Made by a program: the position numbers and the translations under genes
In this document: in pieces, positions 21,977-32,042 of the stretch
Layout: the number at the start of each line of letters is the position of its first letter
Numbering within the stretch: the stretch's first letter is position 1
Notes under the pieces: model-generated
Database searches by the model: none
What the model was told of the DNA's origin: nothing
Seen by the model: only the letters and a program-made list of their open reading frames with translations
NCBI RefSeq assembly: GCF_011745625.1
Contig: NW_027191454.1
Span: 1,054,001 to 1,118,000, forward strand
Direction of reading: 5' to 3'
Length of the DNA: 64,000 nt
Source of the DNA: Cladosporium halotolerans
Taxonomy: Eukaryota

Positions 21977-24900
21977 TTACTTCAACGACCTGAACAGAGA
22001 CCCAAAGAAACCCGGCTTCTTTTCCTTCTCCTTCTCCCTCGTCGAAGGCCTCCTTTCCCTTTTGTCACTTCCATGTCTGCTGCTTCTGTGCGGGCGATCA
22101 CGTCGATCCTCAGATCTGCCCTCAGTATCGCGATGAGATCTGTGCGAGCGAGAGCTGGTTTTCTCAGCACTCTGGGAAGGTGGAGCGTCATTTGGAGCGT
22201 CATCTTTACGATCCTCCTTGCTCTCAGCACTGCGGTGGGAGCGATGTGATCGTTCGGTCTTGCTGGACGTCGACCCTTCGTTGAGAAGAGGGGACTCTTT
22301 CATCCTGCTATCTCTCCTCTGTCGGCGCGCTGGATCCTCCAAAGGACGATAGCTGTCCGTCGATGTTCGCACGAGCAAGCCGGCGCGGGTGACCGACTCA
22401 CCCGTCGTGTCCGTGAAACCCTTGGGAAGAATTGGACGGTTCAGCTTAGGCGAGCCGGCTTCGACTTCTTTCTCAGGATGAGGTCTCCTCACATGCCCTC
22501 TCTCACTTTCTCTCAAAACACTGTCTCGCCTGCGCCTCTGCTTCTTTTCGTCTTCCTTCTCCCTGACAACTCTGCGGGCTTCGTCAGCCGCCGCAGCCAT
22601 AGCGGCTTTCTCGACCTTGGCGCGCAGCCGCTTTTTCTCGCGGGCAGCTTCCTCTTCTACTCGCCTCGTCTCTCGCTCAGCTTCTTCCGCTGCTCTGCGC
22701 TCCCGCCGACGACGGCGTCTCTCAGCTTCCTCTTCGGCAGACATCTCGTGCCGACGCGAGCGGTGCCTCTCGTCCCGAGCGCTGGACCCCTCGCGATGAG
22801 AACGGGAGCTTCGCTTGCGACCTGAGTGTTCACTGGCGCCGTTTCTGTCGCTGGAAGTCTTGTGCTGGCGTGTCCAACCATCTTGTCTTCGCTTCGAAGA
22901 GTCTTTGCTGAGAGTGGGCGAGAGAGGAGCTTCGAGGGAAGACACCTCTTTGTCGGCTTCGACAGGATCTTGGGTCGCTTCAGCAGGTGGTGGAGATGCA
23001 TCGTCGGCCTGTGCAGGGGCCTCTTCTGGTGGAGGCTCAACGAGTGCTTCAGCTGGTTCTGGTGCGGACTCTGGCGCGGGTTCTTCGCCGGCTGCTTGTT
23101 CTGCTTTGGCTGGTGCAGGAGGTTCTTCTGGAGCAGGCTCTGCCGTTACTTCAGCAGACTTGGGTGGTGATTCATCGCTAGCCGCTGATTCCTCCGGAGC
23201 AGGCGCCGCTTCGGCCGCTGGTTCTTCAGGCGCAGCCGACTCATCCGCAGGGGCAGGCTGGGCCTCATCTTGACCTTCAGTGCTAGGAGGATCAACGGCT
23301 TCCGGCGGCGGGGCATCCCCCGCTGGTTCAGCTTCTTTCGGTTCCTCGCTGGCGGGCGCAGGATCTGGCTCTGCCTTGTCTTCTTCAGTATCTTCTTCAG
23401 TGGCAGGCGCGGCGTCAGGAGCAGCATCGACAGCGGCGTCAGCGGCAGCTTCCGGTGCAGCTTCAGGGGCGTCGTCAGTGGCTCCACCAGCATCTCTCGC
23501 TTCTTCTATAGGCGCCTCTTCTTTGGCTTCTGCCGGCTCACTGGCTGCTTCTACTAAACTTTCTGCTGTCGGGTGGTCAGCCGGAATAGCCTCAGCCGGT
23601 TCTCCAGCTTCTGGAGCCGGGACGTCTGCGTCGCTGTTTCCAGAATCGCCTTCTTTCTCAACCTCATCTGCCGCGACAGCGCCGGCGTCGTCACCGCTGG
23701 CTGCGTCAGGCTCAGTAGCTTCAGCCTTCGCGCCTGCAGGCTCTGCATCCGCTCCTTCAGGGGCGTCGTCTTCGTTGGTGGCCTCAGTCGAGGCTTCTGC
23801 CTTGGGTTCCTCTTTGGGAACGTCACCTTCGGCTGCCGCAGGCGGTTCACCTTCTGCTTTCGTTGGCTCGGCGGGAGCTTCTTGATCTGGTGTAGGCTCC
23901 TCCGATGGCTTCACCTCATCGCCGGCAGCATCTCCTTCAGCGGCGAGAGCTTCATCGGCCTTAGGCTCAGGGTCAGCCTCGGATGAAGGTGCGTCGTCGG
24001 CTGGCGCTTTAGTCGATACAGTCGGTTCATTGTTGTCATCGGGCGTGGCATCTGCCGCATCATCGGCGGGTGCATCTGCAGCAGGCTCAGGAGCAGCAAC
24101 GTCTCCATCATCCGCTGGTGGTTCAGATGGTGAGCCTTCGTTCACTGCGGTGTCAGGAGATGGGTCGGTGGTACTATCATCCTTGCTCCCAGGCGCCGGA
24201 TCACCGGCTTTGACGGCAGGTTCCTCGCTCGGCGCGTTGGCAGGGGTGGCATCATCGGTAGGAGCTGGTGGTTCTTCCTTCACTTCCTCCAAGGCTGTTT
24301 CCTCAGGGGTCGCTTCAGGTGCGGCTTCAGCAGCCTCCTCAGGCGGTGGCACTTCCTTGCTGGTATCTTCTTCGGGTTTGTCTTCAGCCGCAGCTTCGGT
24401 CGCATCAGGCGCGGCCTCCACAAGAGAGTCAGCTTCCTCAGAAGGAGTTTTCTCTTCCTCATCTGGTGCAGGTGGTGGAGGCGGTGGTTCCTCAGGTGCT
24501 TTTTTCTCCTCCTTCGCAGCTTCGGCAGGAGGATTTTCGAAGATGGCTATCTTGTCTTTGACCTTTGATTTGCCCTTCTGGTCATCATTGCCCTTTGACT
24601 TTTTCTTTTTGCTTCTGGATGACGACTCAGGGGCAGGAGGTGGCGTCGGCTCTCGCTCAGGCTCAGGGGCTGACTCAATTGCTGGTGTGGCTTCAGCGGG
24701 CGATTCGCTGGCAGCATCAGCCTTTTCCTCGGCCGATTGTTCTCCTGGAGCGTCTGGTTGCGCGACAGCATTCTGCTCGGCTGCCTCAGAAGAAGCTGCA
24801 TCCGATGACTCTGGTTGGCCTGCATCAGCCGGAGCGGATTCCTTCGGTATCTCCGGGGCAGCTTCAGCTTCTGGCTCCGCTGGGGGCGGCGGAGGAGTAG

Positions 24901-26059
24901 AGGCTGAATCGCTGGGCGCAGCAGGCCCCTCATCGACGATGGCGACAATGTCGTCAGGAGACTCTGCAGGGGCAGCCTTCTTCTTGTCCTTCTTTTTCTT
25001 CTTATCCTTTGAGCTCGAGGAACTCTTCTTCTTCCTTTGAGTCGGCAGTGGATCAGTCGTCTCTGGCGTGAAGCTGACTTTCTTGTCGATATGAGCGGCA
25101 TCGACTGGTGCTTCGGTAGTTGGTGGGTCGGCCGCCGTTTCGGCTGCCTTCTCTGGAGCGGCGTCCGGTATATCGGTGGGCGGATCTGGTGCTGGCGGAG
25201 GGACATCTTCTGGGGCCGGGTCGGCACTGGGGACGTCGGCTACTCCATCGTCCGCTGAAGACTCAGTTGGCGGTCCAGATGACTCTTCGGGTGTGGCTTC
25301 AGGCGTCTCGATTGGGGGCTCTGGTGCTGGCGGAGGTGCTTCGTCGGCAGCTTCATCGGCAGGCTTGGTCTCTTCTTCCGTGACTGGTGTTTCGGGAGTC
25401 TCTTCGGTTGATGGTTCAGATGCTGCTGGAGCTTCTCCAGCCGCGTCACCTCCATTCTCTGGCTGCTCTTGTGCTTCTGCAGCAGTATGCTCGGCATCAG
25501 CGGCTGGTGCTGCAGTCTCTTCAGGTGGAGGAGCATCAGTTTCGTCTGCAGGCGGCGCTGCGGGCTCATCGGCCGAAGGTACATCTTGTGTAGCAGGTGG
25601 AGCTGTGGCATCAGCCTCTTCTTCAGGCTCTGGAGCCTCGGGAGGTGGCGCTGGCTCTTCCTGAGCAGGTGCGGCCTCTTCTTTCGAGTCTGCCGTGGGC
25701 TCTTTGGGAGCTTCAGGCTCTGGTTCAGCTGGGGCTGTTGCAGTGTCCTTTCCTGAAGGCAAGTCAGTAACTTGTGTAATTTGTTCATTAAATTTGAGTT
25801 TCATATTCCGACCTTCATCTGCTGCATGTTCGTCCGCTTCTTTGTCGGATTGCTCGTCGTCGGTGGGCACCGGTGGTGTAGGAGGCTTGATAGGGTATTT
25901 GTACACAGGTTTGTATGAGCCCTTCATGGCTTTCGGAGTGACAGTGAACTGCCCTCCTCCACGGTAGGGGAGTACACTCTCTCTCGGATCTCGCCATGCT
26001 GTTGTGGCGAGTCCTTGGAAGTTGTACCTCTTGATAATGTCTTCGACGTTGGTGGGCAT
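21977..26059 (-). CDS. Large low-complexity Ala/Glu/Pro-rich protein with basic Arg/Lys-rich C-terminus
   Basis: Uninterrupted 1360-aa ORF with good ATG context (GCCACCATG); predicted disordered; no recognisable domain. Confidence 0.8.
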   Translation of the reverse strand: MPTNVEDIIKRYNFQGLATTAWRDPRESVLPYRGGGQFTVTPKAMKGSYKPVYKYPIKPPTPPVPTDDEQSDKEADEHAADEGRNMKLKFNEQITQVTDLPSGKDTATAPAEPEPEAPKEPTADSKEEAAPAQEEPAPPPEAPEPEEEADATAPPATQDVPSADEPAAPPADETDAPPPEETAAPAADAEHTAAEAQEQPENGGDAAGEAPAASEPSTEETPETPVTEEETKPADEAADEAPPPAPEPPIETPEATPEESSGPPTESSADDGVADVPSADPAPEDVPPPAPDPPTDIPDAAPEKAAETAADPPTTEAPVDAAHIDKKVSFTPETTDPLPTQRKKKSSSSSKDKKKKKDKKKAAPAESPDDIVAIVDEGPAAPSDSASTPPPPPAEPEAEAAPEIPKESAPADAGQPESSDAASSEAAEQNAVAQPDAPGEQSAEEKADAASESPAEATPAIESAPEPEREPTPPPAPESSSRSKKKKSKGNDDQKGKSKVKDKIAIFENPPAEAAKEEKKAPEEPPPPPPAPDEEEKTPSEEADSLVEAAPDATEAAAEDKPEEDTSKEVPPPEEAAEAAPEATPEETALEEVKEEPPAPTDDATPANAPSEEPAVKAGDPAPGSKDDSTTDPSPDTAVNEGSPSEPPADDGDVAAPEPAADAPADDAADATPDDNNEPTVSTKAPADDAPSSEADPEPKADEALAAEGDAAGDEVKPSEEPTPDQEAPAEPTKAEGEPPAAAEGDVPKEEPKAEASTEATNEDDAPEGADAEPAGAKAEATEPDAASGDDAGAVAADEVEKEGDSGNSDADVPAPEAGEPAEAIPADHPTAESLVEAASEPAEAKEEAPIEEARDAGGATDDAPEAAPEAAADAAVDAAPDAAPATEEDTEEDKAEPDPAPASEEPKEAEPAGDAPPPEAVDPPSTEGQDEAQPAPADESAAPEEPAAEAAPAPEESAASDESPPKSAEVTAEPAPEEPPAPAKAEQAAGEEPAPESAPEPAEALVEPPPEEAPAQADDASPPPAEATQDPVEADKEVSSLEAPLSPTLSKDSSKRRQDGWTRQHKTSSDRNGASEHSGRKRSSRSHREGSSARDERHRSRRHEMSAEEEAERRRRRRERRAAEEAERETRRVEEEAAREKKRLRAKVEKAAMAAAADEARRVVREKEDEKKQRRRRDSVLRESERGHVRRPHPEKEVEAGSPKLNRPILPKGFTDTTGESVTRAGLLVRTSTDSYRPLEDPARRQRRDSRMKESPLLNEGSTSSKTERSHRSHRSAESKEDRKDDAPNDAPPSQSAEKTSSRSHRSHRDTEGRSEDRRDRPHRSSRHGSDKRERRPSTREKEKEKKPGFFGSLFRSLK

Positions 26060-27289
26060 GGTGGCTGTGGTGCTAGAGAGAACAGTGATGGTTCGATCTG
26101 ATCATTTTGAAGTGCGATAGAAGTACTCCTTCATGTTGTATCATATCATCGCTGAATACTCAGGCATTCGCTGTAGAGATAAGATCAAGTAGCCCTCCTT
26201 ACCTCGAGTAGATGACTTGAGGAAGCCTCTGGCGTTAGTCAGTGCATCTCGGGCGAACACGCTACCTGACAAGGACCAATAGGCCGCAAAAAGGAATGAC
26301 AGCAAACAGCAAGACGGCGATGACAACGCAGCGATGCGCCCCCTCGAAGCTCGTGGGTGCATTACAGTGGTGAGGCGGAATTGTACCGAGGGCTCCCAAT
26401 TCACCCGAGCGACGGAGTGACACAAACGCCATTCCGTTTAGACGCTTGGGATCGAGGCAAGGACCACTCATGCTGCAGCGTAACCTAACGGTGGGCGACT
26501 CGTTGCAGGACACGAGAGAGCACTCGCTCTTCGGCGTTCTCGAAGCCGGTGGGACGGCGAAGAACGTGACTTGCTCGCTAGGGTGCAGTTGGGTCGGCGT
26601 GCATACAGCGGCCGAAGCTTTTGCTCGCACGACGCATGGCTATTTCCGGCCGAGATTACTACCTGCTGGGAGAGCCCCGTCTGTATAGGTCGCCTAAGAT
26701 TGGAAGCATGACCCAAGAGTCCACGATCAACCTAAGGGGCAGTGGGGCAGCCAATGGAGCCAGGACGGGCATTGGCGGCAAGCCGTTTCCATGCGTCGGT
26801 GCAGGAAGTGAGGTGTCGCTTCGCGTCGACGTGGCCGCCGATGAGACGTTCACATGTTTGCAGAGATCCGCCCGGGTGACGGGCCGTGGTGCAGATGGGC
26901 TCGGACGAACTGCATGACATGCAAGTGCGGGTCGGGTTGACGGCAACAGCCTGGCGGTAAAATGAGTGTGGGCGTAGCAGTCAAGCCGCCAGAACAATCT
27001 CGTAGACATGACTATCGGGCCGGGCGTGGATGACTATCATCGTTCATACGTGTCGCTCCAATACCGATGCTCTCGCCGCTGGCCAGGCCGAAAGTTGCGC
27101 TGTGAACATTCACCGACACGTGACGTCACAAATGACTTCGAAGCCCGACGGGAGGAAACGCCGACCGACAGCGATGAATGGCGTGACGCGTATCTCGCTG
27201 TCTCACTTGAGGCATCTCCATGCGTTGGACGCCGCAAAGCCGTAAAATGACCTCCACTACGGCTTGAATGCAGGTCGGGCGCTTCGAAC

Positions 27290-29626
27290 ATGCCACGCTC
27301 TACCCTTCTGGCTGCGCTGGCCGCCGGCTTTCTCCTTCTACTCTCGACAATCCACCTGGTGCTGACCCTCGAGACGAACGGCATTCACAATGGTGACAAT
27401 CAGCGCCCAATTGCCTCTATGTGGAGAGGATTGTATGGCGAAGAGCCATCGAGAGCTTCCACGCGTCAAAGGAATGGCGACAAATATCTAGTAGGAGTTG
27501 GGAAAGCAGACATCACCGGCCCTGTGGTTGAAATAAACTTCATGGGTTACGCAGACCCGGCGCAGCAAGGGACTGGTGTAAGGCAGCGGCTATACTCCCG
27601 TGCTTTCATTGTGGGGGATATGGACAAGCCTACTGATCGGGTCGTGTACCTTGTTCTTGATACCCAATCTGGTGACACTGCTGTCAGACACGGAATCCTA
27701 CAGGCACTTGTCGATCTAGGAGACGAGTATGCAGTATACGGTCAGCAGAATGTGGCTGTGACCGGAACGCATTCCCACAGCGGACCAGGCGCGTGGCTGA
27801 ACTATCTGCTGCCTCAAATCACGAGCAAGGGTTTCAACAAACCTTCGTATCAAGCCATCGTTGATGGTGCTGTAGCTTCAATCAAACAAGCACACGATAG
27901 CCTTGCACCAGGGTATCTCGATATGGGTAGCATCGACGTGATGGACGCAAACATCAATCGCAGCCCATATGCATATCTTGCCAATCCCGAAGCGGAGCGG
28001 AAGAAGTATGATCACGACGTCGACAAGACATTGTCATTACTACGCCTCTCCCACGACACCAAGGATGGAGCCAAAGATATAGGCGTGTTCACGTGGTTCC
28101 CTGTCCATGGCACGAGCATGTATGGAAACAACACGCTCGTTACTGGTGACAACAAGGGCGTTGCTGCATACCTCTTCGAACAGTCTGTGAAAGACCCGAA
28201 TTTCGTTGCCGGGTTCAGTCAGGCCAACGTAGGAGATACTTCACCGAATGTCCTCGGAGCTTACTGTGAATACGGCGATCATGCCGGTGAGATGTGCGAC
28301 TTCAAGACAAGCCTGTGTGGTAACAAGACACAGCCCTGTCATGGACGTGGTCCGTTCTGGGGAAGAAAGGACGGTGGCACAGCCTCCAATTACGAGATTG
28401 GACGACGCCAGTATCAGGCTGCACGTGAGCTCTTCGGCAACAGTTCTGCCTTCACGCCTGTGCGTGGCAAGGCTGTCAAGCCATTCCATCAATTCGTCGA
28501 CTTCAGCAATCTGAACATAACGCTTCCGAATGGAACGGTGGTCAGAACGTGTCCTGCCGCAATGGGTTACTCTTTCGCTGCGGGTACCACTGACGGGCCG
28601 GGTGCTTTCGATTTCAAACAAGCACAACCGGGCGATCCGCATGCAAACCCTCTCTGGAGTGCAATTGGTAATAGGGTACACACTCCAAATGAGACCCAAA
28701 AAGAGTGCCAGGCGCCTAAGCCTATCCTCCTTGATGTCGGCGAGTCCGACAGCCCTTACGCTTGGAGTCCAAATATTGTAGATATCCAGCTTCTACGCAT
28801 CGGCCAATTATTCATAATTGTCTCGCCAGGCGAAGCAACAACAATGTCCGGTCGCCGCTGGAGGGAAGCTGTCCGCCGAGAAGCGGCCAGTTCCTTCTCC
28901 GACATCAAGACCGACCCGATTGTTGTCCTTGGTGGTCCCGCAAACACATACGCCCACTACATCGCCACACCCGAAGAATACAGCATCCAGCGCTACGAAG
29001 GTGCCTCAACCCTCTACGGCCCACACACTCTAGACGCGTACATCAACCAAACCCTCACCTTCCTCCCCCAGCTCGACGCCTCGACTTCCATCCCACCTGC
29101 CTCCGAACGTGGCCCTCTCCCGCCAATCAACACCAACAACAGCCTCAGCTTCATCACACCCGTAGTCGTCGACACCGCACCTCTCCTCAAGAAGTTCGGC
29201 GACGTCTCCCTCGACGTCAAACCCCGCTACGCCAGCGGCCAGACCATCGTTGCTAAGTTCGTTGGCGCCAATCCGCGCAACAATTTCCGCCTCGGCGGCA
29301 CGTTCGCTGCAGTGGAGAAGTTTGATGCTGGTGCTTCTGCGTGGAAGCAAGTTCGTAGCGATGAGGACTGGAGTCTACTATACGAGTGGACGCGCACGAG
29401 CACTGTGCTCGGCACGAGCGAGGTCACGATTAGTTGGGAGACGAAGTGGGAGACTGGAGCTTGGAAGGAGGCTTGTGGTGGGGCTCCGGAGGCTCATGGG
29501 GAGCTGATGCCGAGAGATGAGGAACTCAGGGGAAGGTATAGGTTGAAGTATTATGGTGATGCGAAAGGGCTGGGAGGGAAGATCACGGCTTTTGAGGGTG
29601 TGAGTGGGGAGTTTGAGATTGTTTGA
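27290..29626 (+). CDS. Neutral/alkaline non-lysosomal ceramidase
   Basis: GVGKADITGP, GTHSHSGP, VHGTS, GDNKG, GDTSPN (catalytic-site motif), AAGTTDGPG and QRYEGAST motifs; N-terminal signal/anchor. Confidence 0.95.
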   Translation: MPRSTLLAALAAGFLLLLSTIHLVLTLETNGIHNGDNQRPIASMWRGLYGEEPSRASTRQRNGDKYLVGVGKADITGPVVEINFMGYADPAQQGTGVRQRLYSRAFIVGDMDKPTDRVVYLVLDTQSGDTAVRHGILQALVDLGDEYAVYGQQNVAVTGTHSHSGPGAWLNYLLPQITSKGFNKPSYQAIVDGAVASIKQAHDSLAPGYLDMGSIDVMDANINRSPYAYLANPEAERKKYDHDVDKTLSLLRLSHDTKDGAKDIGVFTWFPVHGTSMYGNNTLVTGDNKGVAAYLFEQSVKDPNFVAGFSQANVGDTSPNVLGAYCEYGDHAGEMCDFKTSLCGNKTQPCHGRGPFWGRKDGGTASNYEIGRRQYQAARELFGNSSAFTPVRGKAVKPFHQFVDFSNLNITLPNGTVVRTCPAAMGYSFAAGTTDGPGAFDFKQAQPGDPHANPLWSAIGNRVHTPNETQKECQAPKPILLDVGESDSPYAWSPNIVDIQLLRIGQLFIIVSPGEATTMSGRRWREAVRREAASSFSDIKTDPIVVLGGPANTYAHYIATPEEYSIQRYEGASTLYGPHTLDAYINQTLTFLPQLDASTSIPPASERGPLPPINTNNSLSFITPVVVDTAPLLKKFGDVSLDVKPRYASGQTIVAKFVGANPRNNFRLGGTFAAVEKFDAGASAWKQVRSDEDWSLLYEWTRTSTVLGTSEVTISWETKWETGAWKEACGGAPEAHGELMPRDEELRGRYRLKYYGDAKGLGGKITAFEGVSGEFEIV

Positions 29627-29795
29627 GAGACGTGGGGTTCTACGATTCTGTGTATGGCATTACTGATGATGAGCTAGCTAGTGTACAGAAGAGAAGAAAC
29701 AATAATGAGAGTGCTCCTGTCGCGAGTTGTCCGTACTTTGTCAGTCAGTCACGAGGGATGAACAAAAACACCATAGGACAACTCGTGGCTCAGCC

Positions 29796-31463
29796 TCACT
29801 TCTTCCTACCCGCGCTCTTCTCGGTCTTCGATCCGGTACTAGCAGGCTTACGCGGACGGACACCGCCAGCTGATTTCGAGGGCGTTTTGCCTTCGCCCAA
29901 GTGAACAGCAATTTTAGAACTAGTCCCAGAGTTCTGGCTGTTGCTCGCAAATTTTGATCCTGGAACACTGGTGGCATTTTGTCCGGGATACTCGGGCGCT
30001 TTGCCAAAATCCATGAGCCTCATCTTGTTTTCGGGAGGAACTTGATCCCAATAAATGCCGTTGCTCGGCGAGGGTACAGTCTGTGCCCACCTTGACGCCA
30101 TCAGACCCTGCCACGTTTGCGTGGGAAGTGGTTCAGCACCTCTGGTGGTGTTTTCTGGGTGCTTTTGGGTTGGGACATCCTTGGTGGATAGCTCCTTCTG
30201 GGTTGAGACTTGGTGATCCGAGGTTTGACCATGGGCGTTGTTCACTCTGGTTTTCTGGACGTGCTTGCGGGACTGCGTGATGTGAAATTCTGGATGCTCG
30301 CCTGCAGGAACGAAGACTTTGCGAGGAGCGGGAGCCTGTTCGGCCTCTCTGTTTGCTGGTAATGGAGATGTGGCTGAGGCTGGATTGTGGGCGCCGCCAG
30401 ACACAGAAGTGGTCTTGTCAAAGCCAAGGGATAAGTAGGCGGTGGCTGGGCCGAGATCAATGAGGTCGCTCGTTGCAGAGGACTGGCGGGTCTTGGCCGC
30501 AGTTTCTGCTTCAGGCTGCAGCACTTCGGTCGAAGTGATTTGGTCTTGCTCGTCCTCTGAAGCTCGAATGCTTTGCTTTGAGTCGTAATCCAGTCCGTTC
30601 CCATCTTTGTCGGCATCAGACTGAGATGACGCGGCTAGCAATTCCTTCCTGACGAAGCGATCCTCCTTCTCGCTCTCAAACTCACTTTCATATCCACTGC
30701 TCTCACTATCCTGACTCCCTCTCCTCTTCAACCAATGCCCAGGCTTAACAGCCTCTCCCACCGTCGGAATCTTACTCTTTCCCAGCCGGACCCTCATTCT
30801 CTCTTGATACCAGCGTGGCACACCACCCCCGAACCCAATTTTCGCCAGAGTAGCCTTGTCCGGCATCTCGTGCTTGTACCGGCAACCTTGTTGCTCGAAA
30901 TCGCATTCGCCGTGGCGGATCCAGTAAGTGCAGTAGACCTTATCGTCGCTGGGAGGAGTGCTGGGAGTGCTGGAATTGTTTTTGAAGGAGCGAGATGAAG
31001 CGTCAGGGCTTGAGCCGACGATATCGTCGATTTTGGCCTGAGTCTGTGTCTCGAAGTTGTTCTGGCTACGCCAATTCGTTGCGATCGTGGATGGAGGCAG
31101 CTTGCGGGTGGGAAGAGATGTCGACTTGGACATGGTGTCATGCTCGGACGCAGTACGTCGGTGACTCGATTGGCTCGCATCCGCGTGGCGGTTTGCGTTG
31201 CTCATGTCGGCTAGATGAAAGAAGCGGCCGGTGAAAGGCTGCGTTCCCACCAGGGTCATCCCACTCGCGCTCTCGATGTTGATCACACGCTGTACGCCGT
31301 CCAGGCGGATGTTGAAAGGCAGTTCGTCGGCCGGAATGAGTGGCACGAAAGTTCCATTGCTGCGAGAGATGAAGTAGCGTAGCTGAGGCGGTTGAGAAAA
31401 CGGAATTTTGGACGAGGTTACGGCCGGGTTGGCCGATGACGAGGTGTCGTCGCCCGTAGCCAT
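29796..31463 (-). CDS. CCCH (C3H1) zinc-finger protein
   Basis: CTYWIRHGECDFEQQGCRYKH zinc finger and conserved N-terminal YFISRSNGTFVPLIPADELP. Likely start MATGDD at 31463; an in-frame upstream ATG exists at 31568. Confidence 0.8.
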   Translation of the reverse strand: MATGDDTSSSANPAVTSSKIPFSQPPQLRYFISRSNGTFVPLIPADELPFNIRLDGVQRVINIESASGMTLVGTQPFTGRFFHLADMSNANRHADASQSSHRRTASEHDTMSKSTSLPTRKLPPSTIATNWRSQNNFETQTQAKIDDIVGSSPDASSRSFKNNSSTPSTPPSDDKVYCTYWIRHGECDFEQQGCRYKHEMPDKATLAKIGFGGGVPRWYQERMRVRLGKSKIPTVGEAVKPGHWLKRRGSQDSESSGYESEFESEKEDRFVRKELLAASSQSDADKDGNGLDYDSKQSIRASEDEQDQITSTEVLQPEAETAAKTRQSSATSDLIDLGPATAYLSLGFDKTTSVSGGAHNPASATSPLPANREAEQAPAPRKVFVPAGEHPEFHITQSRKHVQKTRVNNAHGQTSDHQVSTQKELSTKDVPTQKHPENTTRGAEPLPTQTWQGLMASRWAQTVPSPSNGIYWDQVPPENKMRLMDFGKAPEYPGQNATSVPGSKFASNSQNSGTSSKIAVHLGEGKTPSKSAGGVRPRKPASTGSKTEKSAGRKK

Positions 31464-32042
31464 GCCGTCGGTGTAGGGGTATGATATAAAGTGTGATGGC
31501 GGAGAAATTAGGTGGTTGTTGTGGCTGGGATGTTGAGAGAACTTCTTCCATGGGCAATAAATACTCATTCTCTGGCGACCACAACCTTAAGGCAAACATC
31601 CGCTGCTTGTAGCATGTTAACGAGATGCTTTTCTGAGACCAAGCGAGACCAAACATCTATGCGGATCTCAAAGGCGGCGTCAAGTGGAGCAAACGACTAG
31701 GCCATAGTATTTGCGCACGCATGAAAGGAAATGTCTTTATGCAGGTAGATGATTATCTCATATGCACCCCGACCTTTGTCTACAGTCGGGTATTCGCATG
31801 TTCATGCATTGTCAACCCCCGTCGACAGACATCATGATGCAGTCAGCCGTGACACTCTCATGTGTGCGATTCGGCAGCCAGCGTACACGTTGCGTCCGTT
31901 TGAGCTGCATCTTCATCAAGAAATGAGTCTCCCCTTTGGGTGGTGGACGAATCGAACGTAGTTCCTTAGGTCGTTTCCAGATGCTTGACGAGTCGTGGTT
32001 TCTTTGAATTCCTGTAAATCGCCACTTTATAGTACAGTGTCT

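Noticed and set aside
22478..25967. Numerous + strand Ser/Ala/Gly-rich ORFs
   Set aside because: Antisense shadows of the 1360-aa gene.
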